Part shown: piece after piece, positions 14,171 through 26,677 of the stretch
Layout of the letters: each line of letters begins with the position of its first letter
How positions within the stretch are numbered: the first letter of the stretch is position 1
Program-made: the position numbers and the translations under genes
Origin: Isurus oxyrinchus
Taxonomy: Eukaryota
DNA length: 64,000 nucleotides
Assembly: GCA_026770705.1 (NCBI GenBank)
Contig: JANJGN010000026.1
Location: 24,366,001 to 24,430,000 of the forward strand
Direction of reading: 5' to 3'
Notes under the pieces: generated by a model
The model's input: only the letters and a program-made list of their open reading frames with translations
What the model was told of the DNA's origin: nothing
Database searches by the model: none

Positions 14171-14529
14171 GAAGTGATTCACTTGGTCACCCCATTTGCT
14201 GACACAGCAACACAGTTACACCTGAGAGACCATTCAGACACTGCATTTGTGCAAAGGGGTTGACGCACTTTGCCCACCTGTTTACACACCAGTCTTAAAC
14301 CTTCAGAGGCTTTGATCCAAAATTGCTACATTTCTACTGACAACACAGAGTTTGAATGTTCTGTGTATGGGAAGAAAAGTCATTTATTCAAACCGCCTCC
14401 TGAGAGTCCACTGAGCTCACAATTAACCATAGGTGTATGTTCTGCTGTTAATTATACCGGGACAGAGCTATGGTGGAGGGCCAGTGCACTTTGGTTTCCG
14501 TATCAATGGACTTAATAATTTTATATAAC

Positions 14530-14750
14530 ACAAACACAGAAAGTGCTGGAAAAACTCAGCAGGTCTGACATCATCTGTGGAGAGAGAAACCAAGTCCATG
14601 TGATTCTTCTTCAGAACTGAAGAAGAGTCATACAGACTCGAAACATCAAGTCTGTTTCTCTTTCTACAGTTGCTGTCAGAACTACTGAGTTTTTCCAGCA
14701 TTTTCTGTTTTTGTTTCAGATTTTTGGCATCTGTAGAATTTTGCTTTTAT
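14530..14750. mobile_element. Penelope-derived inverted mini-element
   Basis: Two opposed arms meet at ttcagaactgaag; hammerhead core CTGAAGA-a-GAGTC-ataca-GACTC-GAAA at 14617-14647. Confidence 0.8.
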
Positions 14751-14940
14751 GATAACTCTATATCTTGGTTCTGTGGCTCCAATCAGCATCGGGTCACAAA
14801 ACATAATTTTCTGCTGAACAAAATCACATTTCAATGGCAGCATATTTACCCAGCATTCGCCGCGGGACGGAATGGACCCTATTTGTTTTATTCATTCACG
14901 GGATGTGGGCGTCGCCGGCCCGGCCAAGATTAGTGAAGAT

Positions 14941-15110
14941 AAAGACAAAACAAAACTGCGGATGCTGGAAATCCAAAACAAAAACAGAATTACCTGGAAA
15001 AACTCAGCAGGTCTGTCGAAGGGTCATGAGGACTCGAAACGTCAACTCTTTTCTTCTCCGCCGATGCTGCCAGACCTGCTGAGTTTTTCCAGGTAATTCT
15101 GTTTTTGTTT
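14941..15110. mobile_element. Penelope-derived inverted mini-element with 15-bp TSD
   Basis: TSD aagattagtgaagat at 14926-14940 and 15111-15125; hammerhead core at 15013-15043. Confidence 0.9.
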
Positions 15111-15125
15111 AAGATTAGTGAAGAT

Positions 15126-15500
15126 CCTTGCGCAGGCGCGGTACCGGGCAGCGACAGGAACATGCGCAATGTGAGCTCAAACCGGAGCATGCGCAGTCCA
15201 GAGTCCGGAGTTGACCGAAGGATTGAGAAATATCGAGAACAGGCGAGTGAAGGCAGTCTCTGAGTGGGGAGGAATGGAAGCGGCGGAGATGGCGGGGATT
15301 TTCATAAACACCCAGTAGAGGTCTGAAACCGTGAATAAGAAGCTACCGGTCCTGCGGTTGCATCGAACGAGGTGGCGGCAGGTGGGGCCCGCTTTGCCTT
15401 CAGAGAGAGCCCCGAGTAAACGGTCGCCATTTGTATAGGGGACAATGTGCAGCAGGGCGCATGCGCCGCCGCCATCTTCCACTGGAAAACGTGCAGCTGG
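15126..15500 (+). promoter_or_regulatory. CpG-island promoter and probable first exon with NRF1 and YY1 motifs, likely of a ZNF gene
   Basis: CpG-rich; GCGCATGCGC 15457-15466 and related motifs at 15129, 15161, 15187; YY1 CCGCCATCTT 15469-15478, AGATGGCGG 15287-15295, CGCCATTT 15425-15432; strand inferred from the downstream ZNF exons. Confidence 0.7.
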
Positions 15501-15505
15501 AGTCG

Positions 15506-16627
15506 GAATCACACAGAGCAGAAGAGGCCCTTCGGCCCATCGAGTTTGCACCGACACGTGAGAAGCACCTGACCTACCCACCTACCTAATCCCATTTACC
15601 AGCACTCGGCCCGTAGCCTTGAATGTTATGACGTGCCAAGTGCTCACCCAGGTACTTTTTAAAGGATAAAAGCAAAATACTGCGGATGCTGGAAATCTAG
15701 AACAAAAACAAAAATACCTGGAAAAACTCAGCAGGTCTGACAGCATCTGCAGAGAGGGATACAGTTGACATTTCGAGTCCGTATGACCCTTCATCAGAAT
15801 TAAGACATATAGAAATGGGATGAAATCTAAGCTGGTAAAAGGGGGTGGGACAGGAGAGCTCGACAGGGGGCCAGTGATAGGTGGAGGCCCAAGAAGAGAT
15901 TTCTAGCTTTTAAAGGATGTGAGGCATGCCGTCTCCACCACCCTCCCAGGCAGCACATTCCAGACTGTCACCACCCTCTGGGTTAAAATGTTTTTCCTCA
16001 CATACCCCTAAACCTCCTGCCCCTCACCTTGAACTTGTGTCCCCTCGTTACTGATCTGTCAACTAATGGGAACAGCAGCTCCCTATCCACCCTGTCCATG
16101 CCCCTCATAATCTTGTACATCTTGATCAGGTCGCCCCTCAGTTTTCTCTGCTCCAATGAAAACAACCCAAGTTTATCCAACCTCTCTACATAACTTAAAT
16201 GTTTCATCCCAGGCAACATGCTGGTGAATCTCCTCTGCATCCCCTCCAGTGCAATCACATCCTTCCTATAATGTGGCGACCAGAACTGCATACAGTACTC
16301 CAGCTGTGGCCTCACTAAGGTTCTACACAACTCCAACAAAACCTCCCTACTTTTGTAATTTATGCCTCAGTTGAAAAAGGCAAATGCCCCATCTGCCTTT
16401 TTTACCACCCCACTGACATGCCCCTCCACCTTCAGAGATCTATGAACACGTGCCAAGGCCCCTTTGTTCCTTAGGACTTTCTAGTGTCATGCCGCTTATT
16501 GAATACTTCCTTGTCAAATTACTCCTTCCAAAGTGTATCACCTCACATTTCTCAGGGTTAAATTCCATCTGCCACTTTCTGCCCATTTGACCATCCCGTC
16601 TATATCTTCCTGTAGCCCAAGACACTC
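15506..16627 (-). mobile_element. CR1 LINE 3' part
   Basis: LVRPQLEYCMQFWSPHYRKD; KWQMEFNPEKCEVIHFG. Confidence 0.9.
15668..15907 (-). mobile_element. Penelope pLTR fragment inserted into CR1; canonical CUGAUGA hammerhead core at 15763-15800
   Basis: TSD ttttaaaggat at 15657-15667 and 15908-15918. Confidence 0.85.
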
Positions 16628-17372
16628 CCAAAACAATTAGGAGAGCAAACGGGGTATGAAAAAGCTCTAGCTGGAAAGGCAGGGAAGATATTCCATAAGT
16701 ATATCAATAGGAAGAGGATAACCAGGAAAAGGGTTGGGCCCATTATGGACCAAGGGGGAAATCTATGGGTGGAGCCAGAGTGACAGTCTGGAATGCACTG
16801 CCTGGGAGGGTGGTGGAGGCGAGTTGCCTCACATCCTTTAAAATGGATGAGCACTTGGCACATCATAACATTCAAGGCTATGGGACAAGTGCTGGTAAAT
16901 GGGATTAGGTAGGTCAGGTGTTTCTCACGTGTTGGCGCTGACTCGATGGGCCGAAGGCCCTCTTTTGCACTTTGTGATTCTGTGATTAAGCTCCACCCTG
17001 CACTTTCTCTATTCCACTAATGCCTCCACTGATTTGCTTCCCTTGTACCTGCTAAAAGCCTCTCTTTTCCTTCTCATCGTATCCTGAATATCTCTGGTCA
17101 TGCATTGTTCTCTGGGCTTGTTACTCCTTCCTATCACCCTAGAGGGAACATGTTGAGCCTGCACCTTTCCCATTTCCTTTTCAAACGCCCCCCACTGCTG
17201 TTCTGTAGATTTCCCCACAAGTAGCTGTTCCTTGTCTACATTGGCCAGATCCTGCCTTATTTTACTAAAATCTGCTCTCCCCCAGTTCAAAACATTTTTT
17301 TTGCAACTTGTCTATTTCTTTGTCCAAAACAAGCTTAAATTGTACCATGTTATGGTTGCTATCACTAAAATA
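16628..17372. mobile_element. Rearranged CR1 pieces: + strand ORF2 fragment and tail (16628-16987), - strand ORF2 fragment (16990-17372)
   Basis: Tail at 16780-16987 is the reverse complement of 15506-15660 plus 15908-15980; NWGRADFSKIRQDL on the - strand. Confidence 0.8.
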
Positions 17373-17429
17373 CCCCGCCCCCCCCACCCCCCACCCCCCC
17401 CCCCACCCCCCACCCCCCACATGTGCGTT

Positions 17430-17786
17430 CGTCCCTTTCCCTGTCAGCAGGAGGAGAGAATATTGTGAATGTCTATCCTGGACTGACAGGGATGGATTTT
17501 GAAAACTCTTTTTACAGGGGGTTAAAAGAGGAGGATTTACACACACCAAATGCAAACCAAGAGAAATGTATTTTTCCTCTCAATGTCTCTCCTGGACTGA
17601 CAGTCGTGGATTTTGGAAATTTCTTTTCCAGGGTATTAGAGGCAGAGGATTGACGGACGGGAATATCAAACCAAACATCACATCAAGATATGACAGTCAT
17701 TTGATTCGTCAGGACCTGAATATCATCAAACTTTTAACGTGGAAGGTAAATAACTTATCTGTTCTACCTGTGTGCAAAGATTTCAA
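17430..17786 (+). pseudogene. Truncated ZNF coding-exon start with a duplicated acceptor module
   Basis: ttttccag|ggtattaga..aaaccaaacatcacatcaagat, homologous to 20834 onward and 7072 onward; cut by CR1 at 17787. Confidence 0.6.
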
Positions 17787-20620
17787 GGAAGGGTAAGAAT
17801 AATTAACTGGGGGAAAGCCAATTTCAATGGGGTAAGAATGGATCTGACCCAGGTAAGTTGGAATTTCAAAGGGAATGGAGTTTAAAAATTGGGAGGTCTT
17901 GCTCAAACTATATAAGGCACTAGTTGGACCACACCTAGAATACTGTGAACAGTTCTGGTCCCCTTCTCTAAGCAAAGATATGCTGGCATTGGAGGCAGTC
18001 CAGAGAAGGACCTCAAGGTGGATCCCGGGTATGGAGGAATTTTCTTATGAGGAGAGGTTGAGTGGGCTGGGCCTGTGCTCATTGGAGTTTAGAAGTGTGA
18101 GAGGCGATCTTATTGAAACATATAAGCTTCTTAGGGGTCTTGACGGGTTAGATGCTGAATGGGAGAGTCTAGGAACAGGGGGCATAATCTCAGAGTAAAG
18201 GGTCGCCCATTTAAGACAATGAAGAATTTCTTCTCTCAGTGGGTAGTGAATCTGGAATTCTTTACCGCAGAGGGCTGTAGAGGTTGGGTCGTTAAGTATA
18301 TTCAAGGCTGAGATAGACAAATTTTTAACATTTAAGGGATCATGGGCTATGCAGGAAAGTGGAGTTGAAGATTATCAGATCAGCCATGACCTCGAGCAGA
18401 TTCGATGGGCTAAATGGACTACTTCTGCTCCTACCTCTTATGGTCTTATGAATCAAAAGTTGGCAGGTGAAACTGTAACTGAACAATGCACTGCCTTCAA
18501 AGAAGAGAGAGTTCTGACACAGTAAAGATGTATTCCCATGAAGGGGAAAGGTAGGGTAAACAAATCCACAGCCCCCTCGATGAGGAAAGAGATAGAGATT
18601 GAGATAAAGGAGAAAAAGTGTGCTTATGACACATGTCAGCTGGATAATAAAACCAAGAACCAGGCTGAATAGAGAAGGTTCAGACGGATTTGGAAAACCA
18701 AATAAGAAAAGCAAAGAGAGCATGAAAAGAGACTGAGAGCAAACATGGAAATAAATCAAGAAATTTTCCATGGGCACGTAAATAGTAAAAGAGTGGTAAA
18801 AGGAGGAGTGGAGGCAATTAGAGACCAAAGAGGTGATTTATGCATGGAGACAGGGGTCATGGTTGAGGTTTTAAATGAATATTTTGCATTTGCCTTTACC
18901 AAGGGAAAATATGCTGCACAGGTGATTGTGAAAGCGGAGATAGTTCACACCCTTGTGGGTTTTAAAACTGATAAGGAGGAGATATTGGATAGGCTGTCTG
19001 ATAAAGTTGACAAGACCCCGGGACTGGATGAGATGCATCCAGGGATACTGAGGGGAAATGAGAGTGGAAATTGTGGAAGTGCTGGCCATAATTTTCCAGC
19101 CTTCCTGAGATTCAGAGTTGCTGACACAGGGACTGGAAAATTGCAAACGTTATACCTTTGTTCAAAAAAAGGTGCAAAGATAAACCCAACAGCTACAGAC
19201 CAGTCAGTTTAATCTCGGTGCTGGGGAAGCTTCCAGAAATGGTAATTCAGGACAAACTTAATAGTCACTTGAGCAAATGTCGGTTAATTAAGGAAAGCCA
19301 GCATGGATTTGTTAAGGGAAAATTGTGTTTAACTAAGTTGCTTAAGCTTTTTGATGAGGTAACAGAGAGCGTTGTTCAGGGTAATGTATCCATAAATGAT
19401 TTGGAGGAAAATGTAACTGGCTAATTAGTAAGTTTGCAGATGGCACTAAGGTTGAGGAGTTGCAGATAGTGAAGAGGATTGTCAAAGGATACAATGGGAT
19501 ATAGATTGTTTGGAGACTTGGGCGGAGAAATGGCAGATGGAGTTTAATCCGGACAAATGCGAGGTAATGCATTTTGGAAGGTCTAATACAGGCAGGAATT
19601 ATACAGTAAATGGCAGAACCCTTAAGTGCATTGACGGGCAGAGGGATCTGGGTGTACAGGTCCACAGGTCACTGAAAGTGGCAACGCAGGTGGATAAAGT
19701 AGTCAGGAAGGCATATGGCATGCTTGCCTTCATTGGCAGGGTTATTGAGTATAAAAGCTGGGAAGTCATGCTGCAGCTGTATGGAACATTGGTTAGGCCA
19801 CACTTGGAATATTGTGTGCAATTCTGGTTGCCACATTACCAGAAGGATATGGAGGCGTTGGAGAGGGTGCAGAGGAGATTTACCAGGATGCTGCCTGGTA
19901 TGGAGGTTATTAGCTATGAGGAGAGGTTGGAGAAACTCGGATTGTTCTCACTAGAGAGGCAGAGGTTGATGGGCGACTTGATAGAAGTTAACAAATTATG
20001 AGTGGCATGGACAGAATAGATAGAAGCTTTTTCCCAGGGTGGAAGAGTCAATTAGTAGGGGACATATATTTAAGGTGAGAGGATAAAACTATAGACGAGT
20101 TGTGTGGGGCAAGTTTTTTTCGCAGAGGGTATGAGTGTCTGGAATTCGCCGCCAGAGGAGGTGGTGGAAGCAGGTACGATAGTGGTGTTTAAGAGGCAGC
20201 TTGACAAATACATGAATAGGATGGGAATAGAGGGATACGGACCCCGGAAGTGCAAAATGTTTTAGTTGATGAGCAATATGTTTGGCGCAGGCTTGGAGGG
20301 CCGAAGGGCCTGTTCCTGTGCTGTACTTTTCTTTGTTCTTTCTAATGCTGTTAAAGTGGTGTGCATGGACTTCCAAATGGCATTAGATAAAGTGCCATGC
20401 AACAGACTTATATCTCATAGAATAAAAGGGACAGAAGCGACATGGGTACAATATTGGCTGACTGGAAACAGAGAGTCATGGTTAATGGATGTTTTTCAGA
20501 CTGGAGGAAGGTTAAGAGTGGGGTTCCCCAGGAGTCAGTGTTCGGACCCATGCTGTTCCTGATACATATAAATGATCCAGACCTTAGTGTTCAGGCACAA
20601 TTTTGAAATTTGTGGACAGA
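17787..20620 (+). mobile_element. Nested CR1 LINEs: an outer ORF2 interrupted by two younger CR1 3' ends (17858-18449 and 19386-20340)
   Basis: The outer ORF resumes after each inner tail (cttatg, ctttgttctt); short duplications gaat and taatg at the junctions. Confidence 0.85.
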
Positions 20621-20942
20621 GTCCTGAGTGGGCATAGACCACGTAACAGATTCCCTTCCCTGAAGGACATTAATGAACCAGTTGGGTTTTTATGGCAATC
20701 CAGCAGTTTTCATGGTCACTTTTTCCTGGTGCCAGTCCATAAATGACCAGATTCATTCTGCTCAGTTTCACAACCTGCCTTTGTATTTTTGTAGGTTCTC
20801 TCTCACTCACTTTGTTTTAAATCAATTTCACAGGGTATTAGAAGGGGAGGATTTGCAGTTAGGCAACTCAAACTAAACATCACATCAGAATCTGACAGAG
20901 TCACCCAATTTATCGTAACCTCAATATCACTGAATTTTGAAC

Positions 20943-21719
20943 ATGGAAGGAAAAAACACCGCTCACAGTGAGGAGAAACTGTACTCGTGTTCTGTGTGTG
21001 GACAAGGCTTCAACCAATCTTCTGGCCTGTCAGAACATAAATGCCATCACAACGGGATAAAACCATGGCAATGTGGAAAGGGATTCAAATCCACGTCTCA
21101 CCTGGAACGTCATTGCCGCACTCACACTGGGGAGAAAACATTCATCTGCTCCGAGTGCGGGAAGGGATTCACGAGTTCATCCTATCTGCTGATACATCAT
21201 CGAGTTCACACTGGGGAGAGGCCATTCACCTGTTCTGAGTGTGGGAAGGGATTCCTTCAGTCATCCAACCTGCGGACACACCAGCGAGTTCACACTGACG
21301 AGAGACCTTTTAAATGTCCGGACTGCGGGAAGTACTATAGAGGTTCCACGGAACTGATGCGCCATCGACGTGTTCACACTGACGAGAGACCATTCAGGTG
21401 CTCTCTCTGCGGGACTGGATTCAGGTGGTTGTCTCAACTCACTGTACACAAGAACAGCCACACTGGGGACAGGCCATTCACCTGCTCTGTGTGTGGGAAA
21501 GGATTCACTCAGTCATCCAACCTGTTGAGACACCAGCGAGCTCATGCTGGGGAGAGACCATTTACATGCTCTGAATGTGGGAAAGGTTTTACCCGGACAT
21601 CCAACCTGCTGACACACCAGCGAGTTCACACTGGGGAGAGACCATTTACATGCTCTGAATGTGGGAAGGAATTTGCTGTTTTATCTACACTGCAGAGACA
21701 CCAGCAAGTTCACAAGTAA
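20943..21719 (+). CDS. KRAB-less C2H2 zinc-finger protein, 258 aa, 9 fingers with finger 2 degenerate
   Basis: Open [19 protein letters not shown]...HQQVHK*; TGERPF linkers; acceptor cacag at 20833; in-frame TGA at 20931 upstream of the ATG. Confidence 0.8.
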   Translation: MEGKNTAHSEEKLYSCSVCGQGFNQSSGLSEHKCHHNGIKPWQCGKGFKSTSHLERHCRTHTGEKTFICSECGKGFTSSSYLLIHHRVHTGERPFTCSECGKGFLQSSNLRTHQRVHTDERPFKCPDCGKYYRGSTELMRHRRVHTDERPFRCSLCGTGFRWLSQLTVHKNSHTGDRPFTCSVCGKGFTQSSNLLRHQRAHAGERPFTCSECGKGFTRTSNLLTHQRVHTGERPFTCSECGKEFAVLSTLQRHQQVHK

Positions 21720-22279
21720 CAACAATGATTGGATTTTGTTAAACATATCCAGTATTGGGGTCTGTCTTCTGATGGTAATAAACTCCAGCCCAGTTATTTG
21801 GGCTGATATTGTAGATAAAGGTCAAATAGATCAGCTTTGTGTTAAATACAGTGTCTTGAGTCTTTTTAATATCTCAAACCTAAGTTAGTTCATTTTGAAG
21901 TGCTCTCCCTCCCCTATCTCCTCCACCCTCACCTCCAACAACAAGTGTATGGAGCTCATGGAGCTTCTTTGTCACTAAGTTTGAGACAATCCGATCAGCT
22001 GCCTCTGCTACTTCCCTCCCTCACCAGCAGTGGCTGTGATTATTTGAATTAGATTTTTACATAATCACTTGGTAAGTGATCAGGTGTCACTGAGCTTTGG
22101 CACAAAATTGTTCCATTATCATCCTCACAGTGACCATATCTTGCAGACCAAGTGATTCTATCCACACTAGCCTTTCTGGAGAAAATCACCAGAGAAGAGT
22201 GAAGACATTACAGTCCGCAACCCAGCTCATAGCGGTGCACACATCCAATTAAAATGCAGAGTATATCGGTCTGCTACAG

Positions 22280-22362
22280 GTTTATTGGTAGACAGTGATT
22301 ATCAATCATAATAAATAGGAACTAGAGTTCCTGGGCCCCCAGTTTGAAACCAGGCAGAAACA
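22280..22362 (+). pseudogene. Highly degenerate tRNA-Val remnant
   Basis: 3' half ggcccccagtttgaaaccaggcagaaaca followed by an array-type flank ttatcaaaac. Confidence 0.6.
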
Positions 22363-22675
22363 TTATCAAAACGAATTTAAGTCTGAGCAATGATTCACTA
22401 TTATTGTTAAATATTAACTGAATATAAGAACAGCCATGTGATATTAGCTCTTCCCCGCTACAGTCTGTACACACCGAAACTAGACAGAATCTTCCACTTG
22501 CTCCCATTTCCAGTTCTGATGGCTCAGAAAGCCTCCCTCAAACTTGCACATTCTGGCTGATTGATGTTGATTTGTGTAAGATTATTAAAGGCTCCTGCAG
22601 CATGAGCTCCATCACTAACAGTTGGTCAAAGCTACATTTCAGACGGGGCAACAAACGCATCAATGATTCTGTCTT

Positions 22676-22778
22676 AAAACAAAAACAGAATTACCTGGAA
22701 AAACTCAGTAGGTCTGGCAGCATCGGCGGAGGAGAAAAGAGTTGACGTTTCGAGTCCTCATGACCCTTCGACAGAACT
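22676..22778 (-). mobile_element. 103-bp Penelope-derived mini-element consisting of hammerhead plus short 3' segment, 10-bp TSD
   Basis: TSD attctgtctt at 22666-22675 and 22779-22788. Confidence 0.9.
22740..22778 (-). ncRNA. Minimal type I hammerhead ribozyme motif (CUGUCGA variant)
   Basis: AGTT-CTGTCGA-A-GGGTC-atgag-GACTC-GAAAC-GTC-AACT: helix I AGUU/AACU, helix II paired, palindromic ACGU in place of helix III. Confidence 0.72.
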
Positions 22779-23525
22779 ATTCTGTCTTCCCTGCTCCACA
22801 GTGAGTGAGACAGGGACAAGCAGCAGGATTTTGCCCTGCACACTCCAATCACCCGCTGCCAACCGAAAGCAGCGATAGCAGCTTCAATCAACAGGTTACT
22901 GCCCATCCCTGGGATGCAAGATACTGCAACCTGGTCCAAACCTCCAAATGCACTGAGCACAGACTCAGGAAAACACAAGGAGGTTATGTTCCAATCAATC
23001 AACCCACAAGCAGTGTTCACAGAAAACTTGAGTGAGTGAAACTTTCTTGAGCTTTAATTGAGAACCTCAGCTGATACAACTTGTGGAAACTTATTCTGCA
23101 CAAACGTTTTCACTTTTGTGAAAGAGGCTAAAATCCTTTTACATTTGGTAACAGCTGCAACAGACTATTCATGTCTTGAGAACCTTTTTAACCAAACGCT
23201 TAAAATACAGTCCACAAAATGAGAAGTGATGTAAGTGCATGGCACTAAGAGCATATAAAGTGATGAAAGTGTTGACTGTCACAAAGCAGATACATTAGCA
23301 TTTCTTACAGCCTGCAACAGAAATGTATGGGTTGTTGAAGCAGATTGACATTTTTACACAGCAACATTAAAATATCAATGTTGTATATGAAATCCTGAAA
23401 CAAGCCTTGAAAATGGATTGCAATGTTTGGAAAGAGGTGCAGCAATGTAGTGGAACATGAGAATGATATTATTGATGATTGAGAGGAATGCATTGCACCC
23501 TGGGGCTTTTGTAGGTCAATTACAA

Positions 23526-23900
23526 AGAACAAGAGCAAAGAACAAAGAAAAGTACAGCACAGGAAAAGGCCCTTCAGCCCTCCAAGCCTGTGCCGATCAT
23601 ATTGCCCGTCAGCTAAAACATTTTGCACTTCTGGGGTCCGTATCCCTCTATTCCCATTCCTATTCATGTGTTTGTCAAGCTGCTTCTTAAACACCACTAT
23701 CGTACCTGCTTCTGGCAGAGAATTTCAGACACTCACTACCCTTTGCGTAAAAAACTTGCCCCGCACATCTCTATAGTTTTCTCCTCTCACCTTAAATCTT
23801 TGTCCCCTAGTAATTGACTTTTCCACCCTGGGAAAAAGCTTCTGACTATTTACTCTGTCCATGCCACTCATAATTTTGTAAACTTCTATCAAGTCAATTA
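23526..23900 (-). mobile_element. CR1 LINE 3' end, same subfamily as 19386-20340
   Basis: Near-identical 3' UTR in reverse complement. Confidence 0.9.
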
Positions 23901-25696
23901 CATTCTACACTTTGAAATTCAGAACAAACTGAGACGCTGGTTGTAAACCAACATTTGTCTCCCTGTATTTTGCGATATGAAGCCTGATTCATACATGCCC
24001 GGCTGCTTCAGCCGGCGGGACATCAGCTTCTCAATCTCAGGATCCTGTGTTCAAGCTCCACTCGGATATTGTTAACTTTAAACATTGCTGTTGTTTTCAG
24101 GAGATAACCCCAGCTTTCCATTCCTCCAGTAGTGTCACTGCATTGGAACGGAGTCTGTCTTCATCAGGTAACATCACAGTTATTGGGCTTGGAGTGCAAA
24201 CTGCCCTTTGCTTCACTAGAAGTGTGGGGCAGAAGTTTGTATGTGTGGGTCTGATATGTGATGAATGACAATTGAGTATTTTTAAGGCAGAGGTAGATAG
24301 ATTCTTGTTAGGCAAGGCAATCAAAGGTTATCAGGGTTAGATGGGAATGTGGAAATTGAAACACAAGATGATCAGCCATGATCTTATTGAATGGTGGAGC
24401 AGGCTCAAGGGGCCAAATGGCCTAGTCCTGTCCCTATTTCTTATGCTCTTATGACAGTTTAAAAGTGGCAAGTTCGACTCAAGCCCCTGCACCAACAGAA
24501 CTGCTCAGAGTCACAGAATTAGAATAGTCACTTCCTGGAGGACTGATAGCATCGGGTCCACATCCGATGGGATCCAGATGAAAATGGTCTAATTCATAAG
24601 ATTACAGGAGGGAAATTAAGGAACTGCAACTGAAATTATTCAAGTCACAGTGAAGATTTCTTTTCTTGTGTGACTAGTGTGGGCTTGTTCAATGAAAAGT
24701 TTGTTCCAGGTAACAGAGGGGAAGGATTGAGAGTTTTCAGTGTGGGACAGAAGTGAGAGCAGAGAGAACTGATTGAGACAGAATGGCACCATCATCCCTT
24801 GTGTTTTTTTTAATTTATTCATGGGATGTAGGCGGTACTGGCTGGGCCAGCATTTTATTGGCTTTCCCTAATTGCTCCTGAGAACTGAGTGGCTTGCTGA
24901 GCCATTTCAGAGTCAATCACATTGCTGTGTGTCCAGACTCACATGTCAGACAGACCAGGTAAGGATAGCAGGTTTCTGAAAGGATATTTGTGAATCAGAT
25001 GGGTTTTTTAAGGACAATTGATGGTTTCATCATTTAAGTCAAATTTCACCGCCTGCCATGGTGGGATTCAAACACTAACCTGGGCCTTTGGAGTACTAGT
25101 CCAATGACAATACCAGTCCGCTGCCCCCTCCATCTCTCCTGCTCCTACCAACTTATCACAAACCTTCCCTTTTGTTTCTTCCTGCTCTCCTCTGTATCTT
25201 TCAAACCTGTTAGATCACTAACATTTACCAGTTTTGATGTAGCACAGTGGTATTTTCACTGGACTGGTGTTCCAGAGACCCAGGGTAATGCTCTGGTGGT
25301 CCCACCAGAGCAGATGGTGAAATTTGAATTCAATAAAAATATGGAATTATAAATCTGTAAAACCCCATCTGGTTCACTAATGTCCTTTCGAGAAGGGAAT
25401 CTGCTGTCCTTACCTGGACTAGCCTACATGTAGCTGATTCTTAACTGCCCTGTGAAAAAATGGACAATTTAAGGATGAACAATAAATGCTGGTTTAGCCA
25501 GAAGTGCCCACATCCCATGAACGACTAAGAAAAAAACATTAACTCTGTTTCTCTCTCCGCCTGCTATTTTCAGCATTTTCTGATTGAAAAGTCAGGAGTC
25601 ACTCCATGAAAAGAACAAAAGGGAAGGTCTGTGATAGAGAGCAAGGCAGGATAGATTAACTGATACAAGAATGATGGACAGGGCAGCACGGAGCTG

Positions 25697-25770
25697 GTGA
25701 TGGTGGACCCTGGGTGGTTCAGAGTCAATGCTTTCTCCATCACGGCCTGGGCTCAATGGCCGGTGACCAA
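25697..25770 (+). pseudogene. Degenerate tRNA-Glu(TTC)-like remnant
   Basis: gtggttcagagtcaatgctttctccatcacggcctgggctcaatggccggtga aligns colinearly with vertebrate tRNA-Glu, largely through transitions. Confidence 0.45.
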
Positions 25771-26619
25771 AGGTTAACCAAACAAACCATTTTGTGTGAG
25801 AAACCTGTCGGCAGTGCCAGTGAATGGAAGGGCAGTAACAGGTAAAGAGTGATCATCAGTGATTTTGAAGGCTCACTTGTCAGTTTTCCTGGTCAGTCCA
25901 TTGGAAACCTCCAAACATTCTGGTAGCTCAGCACTGCCCTGTTTGATACACAAATATTTATCCTCTGTAAGACCCCGGTCCAGGAACAAAATTATTCCAA
26001 ACCAAATGAAGGAAACGAACAATTGAAGCACGTGATCTTGGCAGGGCCCTGTTAAACTCCAGAACAAACATTTTCCTCAGTAATATCGCACCCTTGGTTG
26101 AAGGGGTCTGGAGCAAAAGTAATGAGATTGTATAAATCAACTCAGATATAATGATATGTTTGATCAGAAAAAAATAACATTTTCATGAATTTGATATGAG
26201 ATCAATTGCATAATTACACCAAGTTCATGTGATAAAGTACATTAGTCCAAATTGGCATGTGAACCTTGTGAATTAAGGGAAACTAGGCATGGATTCTGCA
26301 GAAACTGCTTTTTCAAAAGGGAATTCAGCAATTTAATGAAAGGGAGGAAAAAAGACTGGTTTATTAAGAGAGAGCAGCAAATTGTGATTAATTAGTTTCT
26401 CATTTAAAAAGGGGTCTGAGATCGGATGATGGAAGGGCCTCTTTTGCCATTGTTTGGATACATGGTGCAAGGCCTTTTTATCATTCCATTGTTATATCAG
26501 CCTTGCTGCAGTGTTCCCATAATAGCAGCTGAATTCCATTTCTCCAAAACAGAGACCCAGAGTGCTGCTGCGTAAGAGTACAGTTTAACATTTCACACAG
26601 GCTCACTGCAGCCACGGCG

Positions 26620-26677
26620 GTTTCTGTAATGTAACCTAACACGCAAAAAGTCCCCGGTCTGAAACCAGGCAAAAGCA
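26620..26677 (+). pseudogene. tRNA-Val(AAC) pseudogene, 15-nt D-arm deletion
   Basis: GTTTCTGTAATGTAA-CCTAACACGC...GAAACCAGGCAAAAGCA, 58 nt. Confidence 0.8.

Noticed and set aside
14530-15110. Inverted-repeat elements as DNA-transposon MITEs
   Set aside because: Arms match the Penelope 3' end, are asymmetric and have long variable TSDs, which fits retrotransposition.
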